Of a stretch of 64,000 nucleotides of DNA, positions 25,725 to 50,149 are shown piece by piece; the stretch's first letter is position 1, and every line of letters begins with the position of its first letter. This stretch comes from Camelus ferus (lineage: Eukaryota). A program made the translations under genes and the position numbers. The stretch spans positions 22,940,001 to 23,004,000 of the forward strand of contig NC_045707.1 of NCBI RefSeq assembly GCF_009834535.1, read 5' to 3'. The notes under the pieces were generated by a model. It was not told the DNA's origin and made no database searches. It was given only the letters and a program-made list of their open reading frames with translations.

Positions 25725-27180
25725 GTAAGCCCTCTGAGATAACCACCGTGGGCAGAGACCTCTGCTTTGCAGTCCTACAGTCCAGACCCTAGTGGGGAAG
25801 AGGGCTGTCACACACCTGCTTGACCAACAGAGAGGGAGCTGGGGAGGCACGGGGCAGAGGGGCTGGAACATGACTCAGGCAGGGTGGAGAGGAAGTTCTA
25901 AAAGTCTCACCGTCCCCCTCCCCACCACAGATGCCTGAGTTTCTAGGAAGAGCCTGGCACCCATCACCATGCTCCGTTGCCACGTGTAAATGATGAGGTC
26001 CAAAACCAAAACCGAAGGTTGCAGCGATGTGGGCCCTGGCGACAGCCTCTGCTCTCAGGCAGTGGCGAGGGGAGAGAGCTGAGGGACCAGCTTATCTGTC
26101 TTCCCTTGTAGAGGCAGGGTCCCCAGAGCGAGAGGTCGGAAAGTGCTCCAAATCTCTCCACTCCCCAGAGCAGCCCCTTTCCTGGGAAGCTGGTCAGCGC
26201 TAAGCCCACCGCAGTCCAGTGGCACAGCACTGCCACATGGTGGACACTGGCGGTACTGAGGCCCAGCCCCCAAAGCGCCATCTCTCTTCCCCTGTGCCAG
26301 ATTTGACAGCCCCACTGGCTAAATAGTGGGGAGATTAATAAATTGGAGGAGAGGCACATTTCCAAATCACACTCACCTCCTCCCAGCTTCTTGAAGGAAC
26401 TAGGGATTAGGAGGAAGGGTGGCATGAAGCCTACTCTCATTGAGTTCAACGTGGAGGGCCCTCTGGCCCTTTCATTTAAAGTCAGTGAGGAGTGTGGTGA
26501 GGAGGGCTGGGACTGGGACTAAGGTTGCAGTACTCACCATGCTTTGTTCCTAAAAGTCCTTAAACCTTCCATTTCCCACCGCCATTAGCAGAGGCTGGTG
26601 CCACTTGTAGGGTACCCCAAATCTAGGCAACTCTTAGAGTCCCCTGAGAGAGAACCAGCAGCTGGGTACAGGCCCTTCTGCCATCCTTGATGGACTCTGC
26701 CCTGCTGTAAGATTGCATCACTGTCACCCCCACCTCTCTGGGTTTCCCCAGACATCACAGTGACATGCCACCCCCCCACACATGCTCCAGCCCTCGTCCA
26801 CGTTGTGCTCCAGTCCAACTGGACTCTGGGCGGTCAGCACAGGCAAGGTCAAGGGGTGACTTCTATGCCTCGTGGCACTGCCACCTTGGCCTGGGCAGGA
26901 GGACTCCGTTCCTCCCACTCCCCACCTCCCCCTACCAGCCTCTCACCTCTATTCCAGCCCCATTGCTAGAAATAGAAAGACCAGAGTTCTCCTTCCCGCC
27001 CAGAGAAGTAACCACTGGAACTCCCAGCTGCCTCATGGAAACTGCTACAGCAGTGGTGGCTGGGCAAGCTAGACAGACTGGAGGTATGGGGGGAAGCTGC
27101 CCTTCCCACCTTGCTCATGTGAAGTTCCCTCCCCCGAGCCCCAGACCTTGGGGACGGAGCATGTGAAATCATCCTCCTTC

Positions 27181-27188
27181 TTGCATCA
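27181..27188 (+). promoter_or_regulatory. C/EBP-ATF4 (CARE/AARE) element in the INHBE promoter
   Basis: TTGCATCA, ~220 bp upstream of the inferred TSS (~27404). Confidence 0.5.
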
Positions 27189-27657
27189 TGCATGTCCACA
27201 TAGCCCCCCCACCCCCTACCCCTACCTCAAGCTCCGTGACCAGGGCCAGATGGTGAAACCTGAGCTCCAGGGGGGAACCTCCACCCCCTGCAGGGACCTG
27301 ATGGGCAGCACCGCTGGCCAATCCTGGGGCTCAGAGGGTAGGTCGGGCTGCTGACCACTAGGTGAGGGAACCTTAGGCTGCTGGCTCTAGAGAGTCCCCA
27401 GTCAGTAACCAGACATGAGCTGTGAGGGGCAAGCTGGCAGACGGCACTAAACACAGTCACCCATCGGACCATCTGCTCTCTGCCTTCCTGAGTCCCAGAC
27501 TACAGAAGACAGGTGACTGTACCCTTGGCCAAGGGTAGGTGTGGCATTGGTGTCCGCTGCTGCCGTGCCCACGTTGGCGTCCACGCAGTCAGACTCAGCA
27601 GAAGAAGCAACTGCCACCTGACGCTCTCGGCCTGATCCAGGGCCATTCACCAGGAGC

Positions 27658-28953
27658 ATGGGGCTCCCTGATATCCAGCTCTGGCTGGTGCTGCTGTGGG
27701 CACTGGTGTGGGCACAGGGGGCAGAGTCTGTGTGTCCCTCCTGTGGGAGTCCCACACTGGAGCCCCAAGCAGAACGAGCTCTGGTCCTCGAGCTAGCCAA
27801 GCAGCAAATCCTCGAGGGGCTGCACCTGACCAGTCGTCCCAGAATAACTCATCCTCCACCCCAGGCAGCACTGACCAGAGCCCTCCGGAGACTGCGGCAA
27901 GGAAGCGTGGCTCCAGAGAATGGGGAGGAGGTCATCAGCTTTGCTACCATCACAGGTGGGTGAGGGAGAGACAGAGAGCAGGCAGGGAAAGGGAGGCAGA
28001 AGGGCAGAATGACAGCAGAAGCAGAGGGAGTCGGGTGTGAGAGGAAGAGGAATTGGGGCAGGAACCAGTTGCAGAGTCCCTGTTTCTTCTAAAGGTGGGT
28101 GCTAGGCAGAGCAGCGGGCAGGGCTTCTGGGCGTCTCAGAGGACAGCGTCATCTCCGCTCACCGTCCTCAGGCCCTTGTCCATCTGTCTGGCAGACTCCT
28201 CCACCTCCGCCTGCAGCTCCGTGCTCACCTTCCACCTGCCCACTCCTCGGTCCCACCACCTGTACCACGCTCGCCTCTGGCTGCACGCGCTCCCCACCCT
28301 TCCTGGCACTCTTTCCTTGAGGATTTTCCGATGGGGCCCTGGAAGGAGACGCCGAGGATCTCGCGTCCTCCTGGCTGAGCACCAAATGACAACCCCAGGC
28401 TGGCACGCCCTGACTCTGCCCTCTAGTGGCTTGAGGGCTGAGGAGCCTGGTGTCCTGAAACTCCGGCTGGACTGCAGGCCCCTAGAAGGCAACAGCACAG
28501 CTGCCCGACAACCTCGGCGGCTCCTGGACACAACGGGAGAGCAGCGGCCCTTCCTGGAGCTTAAGACCCGGCCCAATGAGCCTGGAACAGGCCGGGCCAG
28601 GAGGAGGACCCCCACCTGTGAGCCTGAGACCCCCTTATGTTGCAGGCGAGACCATTATGTAGACTTCCAGGACCTGGGATGGCGGGACTGGATCCTGCAA
28701 CCCGAGGGGTACCAGCTGAATTTCTGCAGTGGGCAGTGCCCCCCCCACCTGGCTGGCAGCCCAGGCATCGCTGCCTCCTTCCATTCTGCCTGTCTTCAGC
28801 CTCCTCAAGGCCAATAACCCTTGGCCCTTGGGTACTTCCTGCTGTGTCCCCACTGCCCGAAGGCCTCTCTCTCTCCTCTACCTCGACCGTGATGGCAATG
28901 TGGTCAAGACAGATGTGCCAGATATGGTGGTAGAGGCCTGTGGCTGCAGCTAG
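27658..28953 (+). CDS. INHBE: Inhibin beta E chain (activin E) with a +1 frameshift at ~28791; 306-aa truncated product as assembled, 351 aa if corrected
   Basis: Exons 27658-27955 (298 nt) and 28195-28953 (759 nt); total 1057 = 3n+1. Frame 1 reads ...[16 protein letters not shown] (TAA 28815-28817). The genuine tail VFSLLKAN...EACGCS* continues in the shifted frame. AATAAA at 29541-29546. Confidence 0.95.
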
Positions 28954-29607
28954 CAAGAAGACCTGGGCATTTGGAGTGAAGAGATCAGGCTAAGGGCTCC
29001 CAGGCAAAGGGCATCTGTGGCTGCAGCATCGGATCCCTGATCCATACCTCCACCCATGGGCCGCTTGGCAGTATGACTGGGTTAGCCCCTCTGGGACCCA
29101 AATGGGCACTTTCTTGTCCAGACTCTGGCCTATTCCAGGCTGGCTGATGTAGAGGGAGATGGGGGAAGTGTGTCCTCTAAAGGAGTCTACCCAGAAAGCA
29201 TGATTTCCTACCCTAAGCCAGCTGAGAAGATGGCAGAGGTGAGGGAGGGAGGGTGGGAAGGAGAAGGCAGTGAAAAATCACTGAGTCTCTCCCAAGAAGA
29301 GAAAGCCCTCAAGTGAGGGAAGGAAGAAGCCGATGAGGGCTCCGAGGGCTTGGGATGGGAAAACCGATGGGCCAAATGTAGAGGACTGTTCAAGGGAGGC
29401 TCCAGAGGGAGCTGGGCAAGGGCTGACGGGAGGAGTTTAGGAGAGCCCCAGAGCAGGGAGTCCTGAGAGCGGTGCTGAGCTTGAGAAGCTCTCTGGTTTT
29501 TCTCGGCGTGGGGTGGGGGAGCAAATGTTTTTACTTTCCTAATAAAAATGAAGAAAAAAATCAAAAAGTGTGAGTCATATAGAAGGGCTGGGCTGATGGT
29601 CCAGAGG

Positions 29608-29952
29608 AGCGGTTGTCAGAGTGTGGCCTGGGAACCCCTGGGGAGGTTCCTGAGACCTTTTCACATGGTCCAAACTATTTTCCTAATAATACTAAGATGT
29701 TATTTGCCTTTTTAATTTTCCACATCTCAAAAGCCTACAGTGTTTTCCNNNNNNNNNNNNNNNNNNNNNNNNNNNNNNNNNNNNNNNNNNNNNNNNNNNN
29801 NNNNNNNNNNNNNNNNNNNNNNNNNNNNNNNNNNNNNNNNNNNNNNNNNNNNNNNNNNNNNNNNNNNNNNNNNNNNNNNTAAACAAAAGCTGAGTAATTT
29901 TTTAAAGAGAGTCAAGGAGTGTTGAAACCAAATTGTTTGAGAATCGCTGATC
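29608..29952. mobile_element. hAT-Charlie-type DNA transposon remnant spanning an N gap
   Basis: gtgtggcctgggaacccctggggaggttcctgagacc...aactattttcctaataatactaagatgttatttgcc; ends ttgagaatcgctgatctaga. Confidence 0.55.
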
Positions 29953-31049
29953 TAGAGGCCCAGAGTCCAGGGTGGGGAGGAGAACGCGGTGTGCTCCGAA
30001 AGAGCTCCTCTGGAAGGAGCATGTGTAGGGTCCCTTTTCCAGTCATCGCTGGTCTTGCCTGACCCTCTGGGTATAAGTGGTGTCTGGGTCAAAGTCATGT
30101 GGGGGAGGGAGGCTCAAATAGGGCTCCTTATCTTTCCTCCCACAGTTACTACACATATTTGTCAGGCCTCAGACCTCTTTCTCGTTTCACCTTTCCCCTT
30201 GACCCTCAGACTGAACAGTTAACCCACTGACTTTCCAGACCCAAGGAGGTGGTGTTTGGATGTAGAGATAGGAAGTGGGAGGTCTATCTGAGGGGTGACA
30301 GAAAAGGAAGGGATTCCTTTCCCTCTATCATGCCTTCTCCCCTTTCTCATAAAGAAAGGCCAGAAAGACTGAAATAGCTGCCCCTTCCCCTGCATCTGGT
30401 CACCATGGCAACCCAAATCCAAAGAGACAGGGCACTCCCCTATCAGACACTACCGCTCTACAGTGGCAGCCTCTGCCAGTGGGCTCCTCGGTTTCTTTGG
30501 GTTCATACAACCCCTCCATAGGCTCCCAACTGGGCTTTGGTGGGGGGACCTGTTAAGCCTCCTACTCCTTCAGCTCCCCGAGTCTCCCGTTTCCAGACTC
30601 CGAGAGGGTGTCATGTGCCAGAAAGGCCAGCAGAGGGAGCAAACAGCCTTGAAGAGCAGAGGGTGGGCAGCGCAGAGGTGCAGAGGTGGCCTCAGTCTCC
30701 AGAATTTCGAGATGAGGGAGAGCCGGGGTTCTCAGGGAACAGTGCTTCAGTCCCAGGGTTCCTTAGTAACCTTGTGAACACATGCTCTGCACCCAGAGCT
30801 TCACCCGCTGCTCCTCCCTTTTATGCTTCATAGACCCCACATCTTCCGCCCAGGGCCCCCAGCCCAACTCTGTCCCAATCCTGTTTCCACCAAACCCCAA
30901 ATCTGTCTCAATCCCTTCATGTTCCATCCAAAGGGTGAGGCCAGCGAATAAACTACAAGATGGAGGAATGCTCAATTAGCACGACGACCCTACTTTCAGT
31001 ATTATCTTTCTCGAATGAATTTTTTCGTCACCCACTCCTCGCCCCTCAA

Positions 31050-31594
31050 TATAATTCTCAATTTTTTTTTTCCTGGCTCTGGTCAGGGCTTCTTTTTGGG
31101 TAGCCGATCCAGGGATCCAGGCCGGGATTTACTGCCCACCACCAGCAGCGTGTTCAGCCCCCCCGGGGGGNNNNNNNNNNNNNNNNNNNNNNNNNNNNNN
31201 NNNNNNNNNNNNNNNNNNNNNNNNNNNNNNNNNNNNNNNNNNNNNNNNNNNNNNNNNNNNNNNNNNNNNNNNNNNNNNNNNNNNNNNNNNNNNNNNNNNN
31301 NNAGGGAAATAGGAGGGAGGTGAGGGGCGAGCGGGAAGAGCGGCGGCGTGCCAGCGGCTTCAACGAGAAAGTTTTTGCAAAAGGGAAAAAAAAGTTTGCG
31401 CTTCTCGCGGGTGGTCCCGGCTCGCGGCCCGGCGGGCTGGGCCGGCGGGTGGGCTGGGGGCCAGGTTGGGGGGGTTGGGGGTGGCACTGAGGCTGCGCTG
31501 CCATAGCCCTGTCCGCCCCCCCTCCCCACCACACACCCCCCAGCCCAGACTCCTGCCCTGGACCGCGCATCCCGAGCCCTGCGCCCAGACGGAG
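31050..31594 (+). promoter_or_regulatory. GLI1: GLI1 CpG-island promoter and non-coding exon 1 (~31544-31594)
   Basis: cccagactcctgccctggaccgcgcatcccgagccctgcgcccagacggag|gtgaga matches the recalled human GLI1 exon 1. G-rich tract at 31440-31485. Confidence 0.85.
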
Positions 31595-31807
31595 GTGAGA
31601 AGGGGGGCAGGCGGGGGACCACCTGGGAGGGGTGGGGGAGGGGGCCTGAGGGGATGCTCTGCTTGCGAGGGACTCTGCCCAGCCAAGAGGGAGACCTAGG
31701 GCACAGAGGCAAAGTAGGGGTGGGAGAGCCCGGGGTAAGATAGTAGAAAGTTTCGAGAACTTTTTCAAATGTAGCTCCCTTTCTCTGTATCTTTTTTCTT
31801 CTTACAG

Positions 31808-31950
31808 TCTGTGTCTCTGTCTCAGGCAACCGTGGATGTCTTTGTCTCCGCCTCTCCCATATATTAGAAATATCTCACATTCATGAGGTTGGGATGAAGA
31901 GGCTGGAGGGACGGCTAGCTGGAGGTCTGCGTGATAGAGAGGGAACTCCA
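31808..31950 (+). other. GLI1: GLI1 alternative 5'UTR exon (exon 1A-like) containing a uORF
   Basis: Acceptor ttttttcttcttacag|tctgtg at 31807/31808; uORF 31836-31886; the donor is uncertain (31924 or 31950). Confidence 0.55.
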
Positions 31951-34755
31951 GGTGTGACTCTGAGCGCGGGGCAGGAAGACGTCAGTGTTTCTGAAAGGAG
32001 GGAACAGCTAAGGAGAGAGCCCTAGATGGGGTGGGAGTGGGTGTGTGTGAGGCGACAAAGCCACTGGGGGGCGGCTGGGCTTGAGCCCCTGACCTGTCTT
32101 GTGACAGATGTGCTTGTTGGTGCGTGTGTTTTGAGGGGAAGGAATTGTTTTCTGGACTAGCTGGGGGCTGGAGAAGCGACTCTCTGGTTTAGGCCCTAGA
32201 AAGACTCCCCAAGGAATTTGGACTCCTGGGTCCTAAGGGCTGTGGGCAGGGTGCTAAGGAGGAGCTGAGGAGACCTTGTCTTGACCTTCTGACCTCAGGA
32301 CCACCGGGGCAGCCGGGGCCAGCCGCAGGGAGACCCCTACTGGGATGGGGCGGGACCACTGGCCACTGCCTGCCTGTGCATCTCGGTTGGCCCCCCTCCC
32401 AAACGGGAGCTGGGGACCGAGGCCCCTCCTCTGGCTCAGACCACCCTGCCTGCCCTTGCTCCCCGCTCCGAAGTCTCTTTCAGGCCCCGTGACCCCGAAA
32501 CAATCCGCCCTGGGCAGCGGGCTTTGGGGATAGGATTAGGCAAAGGGGATCCCACAGGCACTGGGGTTTTAGGGGGCTGGAGAACTGGGGTCGTCATAGA
32601 ATAGGTCTTTACGGTCCATTAGAGGGAGAAGGCAGGGCGATTTCTCGGGGGGCGTTGTAAAGGTCTGAATAAGGATTTTTCCTTGGGGGTCGGGGTCCAG
32701 AGCCCCCCCCCCCACATTATCTCCTAGGCAAGGCATCCCCTGCCAGACAGTACAGACCCCGCCCTTGACGTCACTAGGGGGTTCCCGGGGGTCTGGAGTG
32801 GTTAACCCTTGGGAAGCCAGCTGGGATACCCAGGAACCGCCCCCTCCCCAGACACACCTTATTTTCCCTAATCACTTTCTCCCCTTATAGTTTCTGGATT
32901 CTTTCTTTTCCACCTCACCGAGGGACTCCCACTTGTCCAACAGAGCCCCCACCCCGTCCCCCCGCGCCACTGCCAGCTCTGGATGCTCCGAGGGGAGGAG
33001 GCAAGAATGTGTCCCGCCTCTCAATCCGCATCGCTCCCCCCCCCCCCCCCCCGTGGCTCGCTCGACTGGGCTCCCGGAGCGGGCGGGGGAAGCGGAGCAG
33101 TNNNNNNNNNNNNNNNNNNNNNNNNNNNNNNNNNNNNNNNNNNNNNNNNNNNNNNNNNNNNNNNNNNNNNNNNNNNNNNNNNNNNNNNNNNNNNNNNNNN
33201 NNNNNNNNNNNNNNNNNNNNNNNNNNNNNNNNGGAAAATTGGGAGACACAGAAGATGATTCAGGGCTCCAGCAAGGGAACCCTAGAACTCCCTGTCCCAA
33301 CCTGCGCTCTCATCCACACCCCAGAAAAACTTAATTGAAGCTGGAAAAGTTGGCGAAATTTTCCTTTCACCAGTGTGAAGGGGAGACGTAGGTGGGCTTT
33401 GGCACGCGTGGGCGAGGAGGGACATCGCCCCATTTCCATCTCGGGCTCCCCTGTGGCTGGGCAGTGGGGCAGGAAGATGACTGAGCAGGCATGTTTGGGG
33501 GAGTCTCTAGTTTTGGGGGGTCGTTTACAAGCCCCCGCCTCCTTACTCTGGGTGAGTCATAGAGGAAGGAGGCGGGAGAAGTGTCCCCCATTCCAGCTGC
33601 CAGCCAGCTGTGCCCCCCAACATAGTGCCAAGGTCGAGCTGAGTGGTCTTGGTTGCGGGATCCGGATCTCCGCTGGGAAAGGAGGAGTTAGGAAGGGTAC
33701 AGCCCAGGCTGCGGGGCTCAGGCTGTGTCATGGGGTCCGGGTTCCGCTCCCCATCTTACCCCGCCCTCACCCTAAATCCCAGCATCCCGGGATCACCCAC
33801 CGCGCCGGCCGGCCCGCTCCCGGTCGTTCTCCACCCTACCCCGCCCCACCCCACCCTCAGTCCCGGGAAAGCGGAAAACCCGGGGCGGAGCAAAAAACTG
33901 GAGTTTGAGGAGAAAAGCGGACAGATACTCTATTCTTCCTCATTAGTCCTCTCTAATGGATGATGACTTTGGTTTGTTTTTTGTTTTTGTTTTTTAATTC
34001 TCCCAAAGTTTTCCCTCACAATCCCTTTTCTGTTCCTCAAAACGACCAAAAGAGTTAAGCAGGCGCCCAGATCCAGACCACCCCTGAATAACCCCAGCTT
34101 CCATCCTTTGTACCCAACAGACCCGGGAGGCTTCTCTCAGAAACCCTGTCCCCTTCAACACACAGTCTTCTGCGTTAGAGAGAAAACGGCAGATCATCCG
34201 TGTTCCCTCCTGGCCCTACCAGCCTCTCTGTCTGGGCCGTGGCGAGGGCTCCCTCTGCTGGAACCTGGGCGGCAAGCAACAAATGAAGGAAAGGGAAAGG
34301 GGCTCAGGCAGAGCAAGCCAGTCCAGTGCTTAAAGTCAGACACTCCTCTGCATGAATTTCCCCATCCCACCCCTCATAGCTGGCCCATCCATGGTCAGAG
34401 GAAGAAGAAATAGAGGGTCCAGGTATAAAATCCCTTGGAACCCACATAGCCACAGTTAAGTCCAGAACACTCCACACACACACAAACACACAGACCATCC
34501 AGGCAAAGCTTCTACCCAGTTCCCACAAAGATCCCTAAGACTGCCTCTATGGGACTTCTCTTCTTACTCTCTCTCTCCCTGGCTGAGTGACGCTCATTTC
34601 AAGTTCATTTCCCATGGCAGATGTCTTGGAGGTGCTTTGCCCAGGGTTCTGTGCCTGACTTAGTTATCTGACCTTCCGTATTTCCCTCCTGCCTTTATAA
34701 CTTGCAGATCTCCCTACCCCTCCTACAGTATCCCCACACTCTCCTCTGAGACACC

Positions 34756-41707
<6,952 letters not shown>

Positions 41708-42182
41708 AGAGCGGGAATCACAGATACACATTTCCTAAGGGGTTTCCATCCTCACAAAGAAGTCAGGAGGAAGAGCCATAGCACCCCCTCCCCAGCCTCG
41801 GGATGCCCCAGGGATGGGAGGTACAGGCTGGGGCTGTACACAGTCTAAATGCATCTGGGGAGGAATTTGATAGTGATACTGTTTCCTGATAATAAAGGAA
41901 CTGCATCCGAAAGAGCCCTGCTTTATACGTTATTATCTTGAAGGAGAGGTGATGACAGGGAACTAGAGAAGCAGGGGTTAATCCATCCACTTCTTTCTTT
42001 AGAAAAGCTTCCTCACCCTATCCCAACCCCTCAGCTCAGACTCACAAAGATGCAGACAGTCATCTGGGAGACACAGGATTTAAAGGGATGTCCCCCAAAC
42101 AGAACAGCCCCACCTGCACCCCCATCAAAGGGCACCCAGCAAAGATCACTGGAAACATATTTTCTCTTCTTCCCTGCCCCAG

Positions 42183-48845
<6,663 letters not shown>

Positions 48846-49943
48846 TGTCGTCAGTACTGCCACCTACGGGAAAAAGGGGTGTTGGAGAACCAGAAAAGGA
48901 CAGGACCGGCTGCTTGCAAGCAGACAGACATGGTTCTAAGAGCAGTGTAGGGTAGAAGGTAAAAACAGGAACCCTGGGGTGAGAGAAGAGGGTACGGAAG
49001 AGGGCCCGGGTGAGGGTCAGTAATAGGTTTTGGGGGCTGAGAAGTCCTGGGTGCTGTGACTAATGAGGAAGTATGTCAGTAAGGTGAGAGAGGATGTGGT
49101 CAGCAGGCCTGCGAGACCAGCAAGGCAGGAAATCAGAGGAGAGGGTCTAGCTCAGAAATTTTCCTCTGAGTACCTTCTGGGGCCCATCAGAAGATCCAGG
49201 GGCAGGAGGAGCTGGTCCTGGGTGGTGGTGGGACTCTTGAGCTGGACACGGGAAGATGTTGAGAAAGAATCAGGTCTGAGACAGAACACAGGCAAAGAGA
49301 CAAGCATTAATGACAAAGATACAAATATTCATGACACTTTATTAAATTTACATAGGCACCAATGTTTCCATTACCAATAGTCTCAGACCTAAAGCTGCGT
49401 GCTTCCTGTGCAAATTCAGGAAAAAAAAAAACCCATAAAGACAGAGAAACAGACAGCCAGAAAAATAGTAAAACCAAACTGGAGAGAAAGAGAAAGTGGC
49501 TGGGAAAAACACAGAGGGGTTCAGAGTTTGAGGAAGAGGTGAAAAGATCTTCTTCTGAATCTGGGATGTGTTTTGGGGAGCTGAGAAGCCTTGATATGAT
49601 CCTCTGTATACAAACCTTTCGGGTGGGACCCTACTTTAGTGTGTGGGTTCATTCATTCATGCTCTTAACAAGGATTGGCTGAGCAGGTCCTATGTGAAAA
49701 ACAGTGTCAGCTACTGGAGATAAGAGAGGGGAAAGAGAGAGACGTAGCCATAGCCCTTGCCCTCTTGAAAGCTAAAGACAGATCTTAACTGATGGCATCA
49801 TAAATGTACTAACCACAACTGAATTAGGGGCTATGGATAAGCAGTACAGGATGCTTTGACAGCACGTGGGAGTGAAAGGTAGGAACTGACCTCCCCTGTC
49901 GATTGCCAAAGCTTTGAAACCCATACCTGTGCTTTCTCCTTAC

Positions 49944-50005
49944 CTGACCACATTTTCCCCCTTCTCTCGGTTTCTCCACTGCACAACGTGAGGCTTTCTG
50001 TCTGG
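49944..50005 (-). other. ARHGAP9: Candidate upstream ARHGAP9 exon (62 nt)
   Basis: Acceptor ccctaccccacctctccaaag| at 50006/50005; donor CAG|GTAAGG at 49944/49943; open and in frame with the exon starting at 48863. Confidence 0.45.
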
Positions 50006-50149
50006 CTTTGGAGAGGTGGGGTAGGGAGTGCCCCTCCCCCTTAATGACATCCGAGAACTAGCTCTCCTCCCCGGACACGTGATCTGAGGGCTGGGTAGCC
50101 AGTACGGGGGATTCGGCCTCAGTGATCTTCCTCCTCGGTTTGCTCCACT

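Noticed and set aside
28053-28194. ORF extensions upstream of INHBE exon 2, INHBC exon 2 and GLI1 exon 12
   Set aside because: Intronic read-through in the ORF track; clear acceptors exist at 28194, 22441 and 39968.
31083-31829. 248-aa and 204-aa minus-strand ORFs at the GLI1 promoter
   Set aside because: GC-rich artefacts that read through an N gap.
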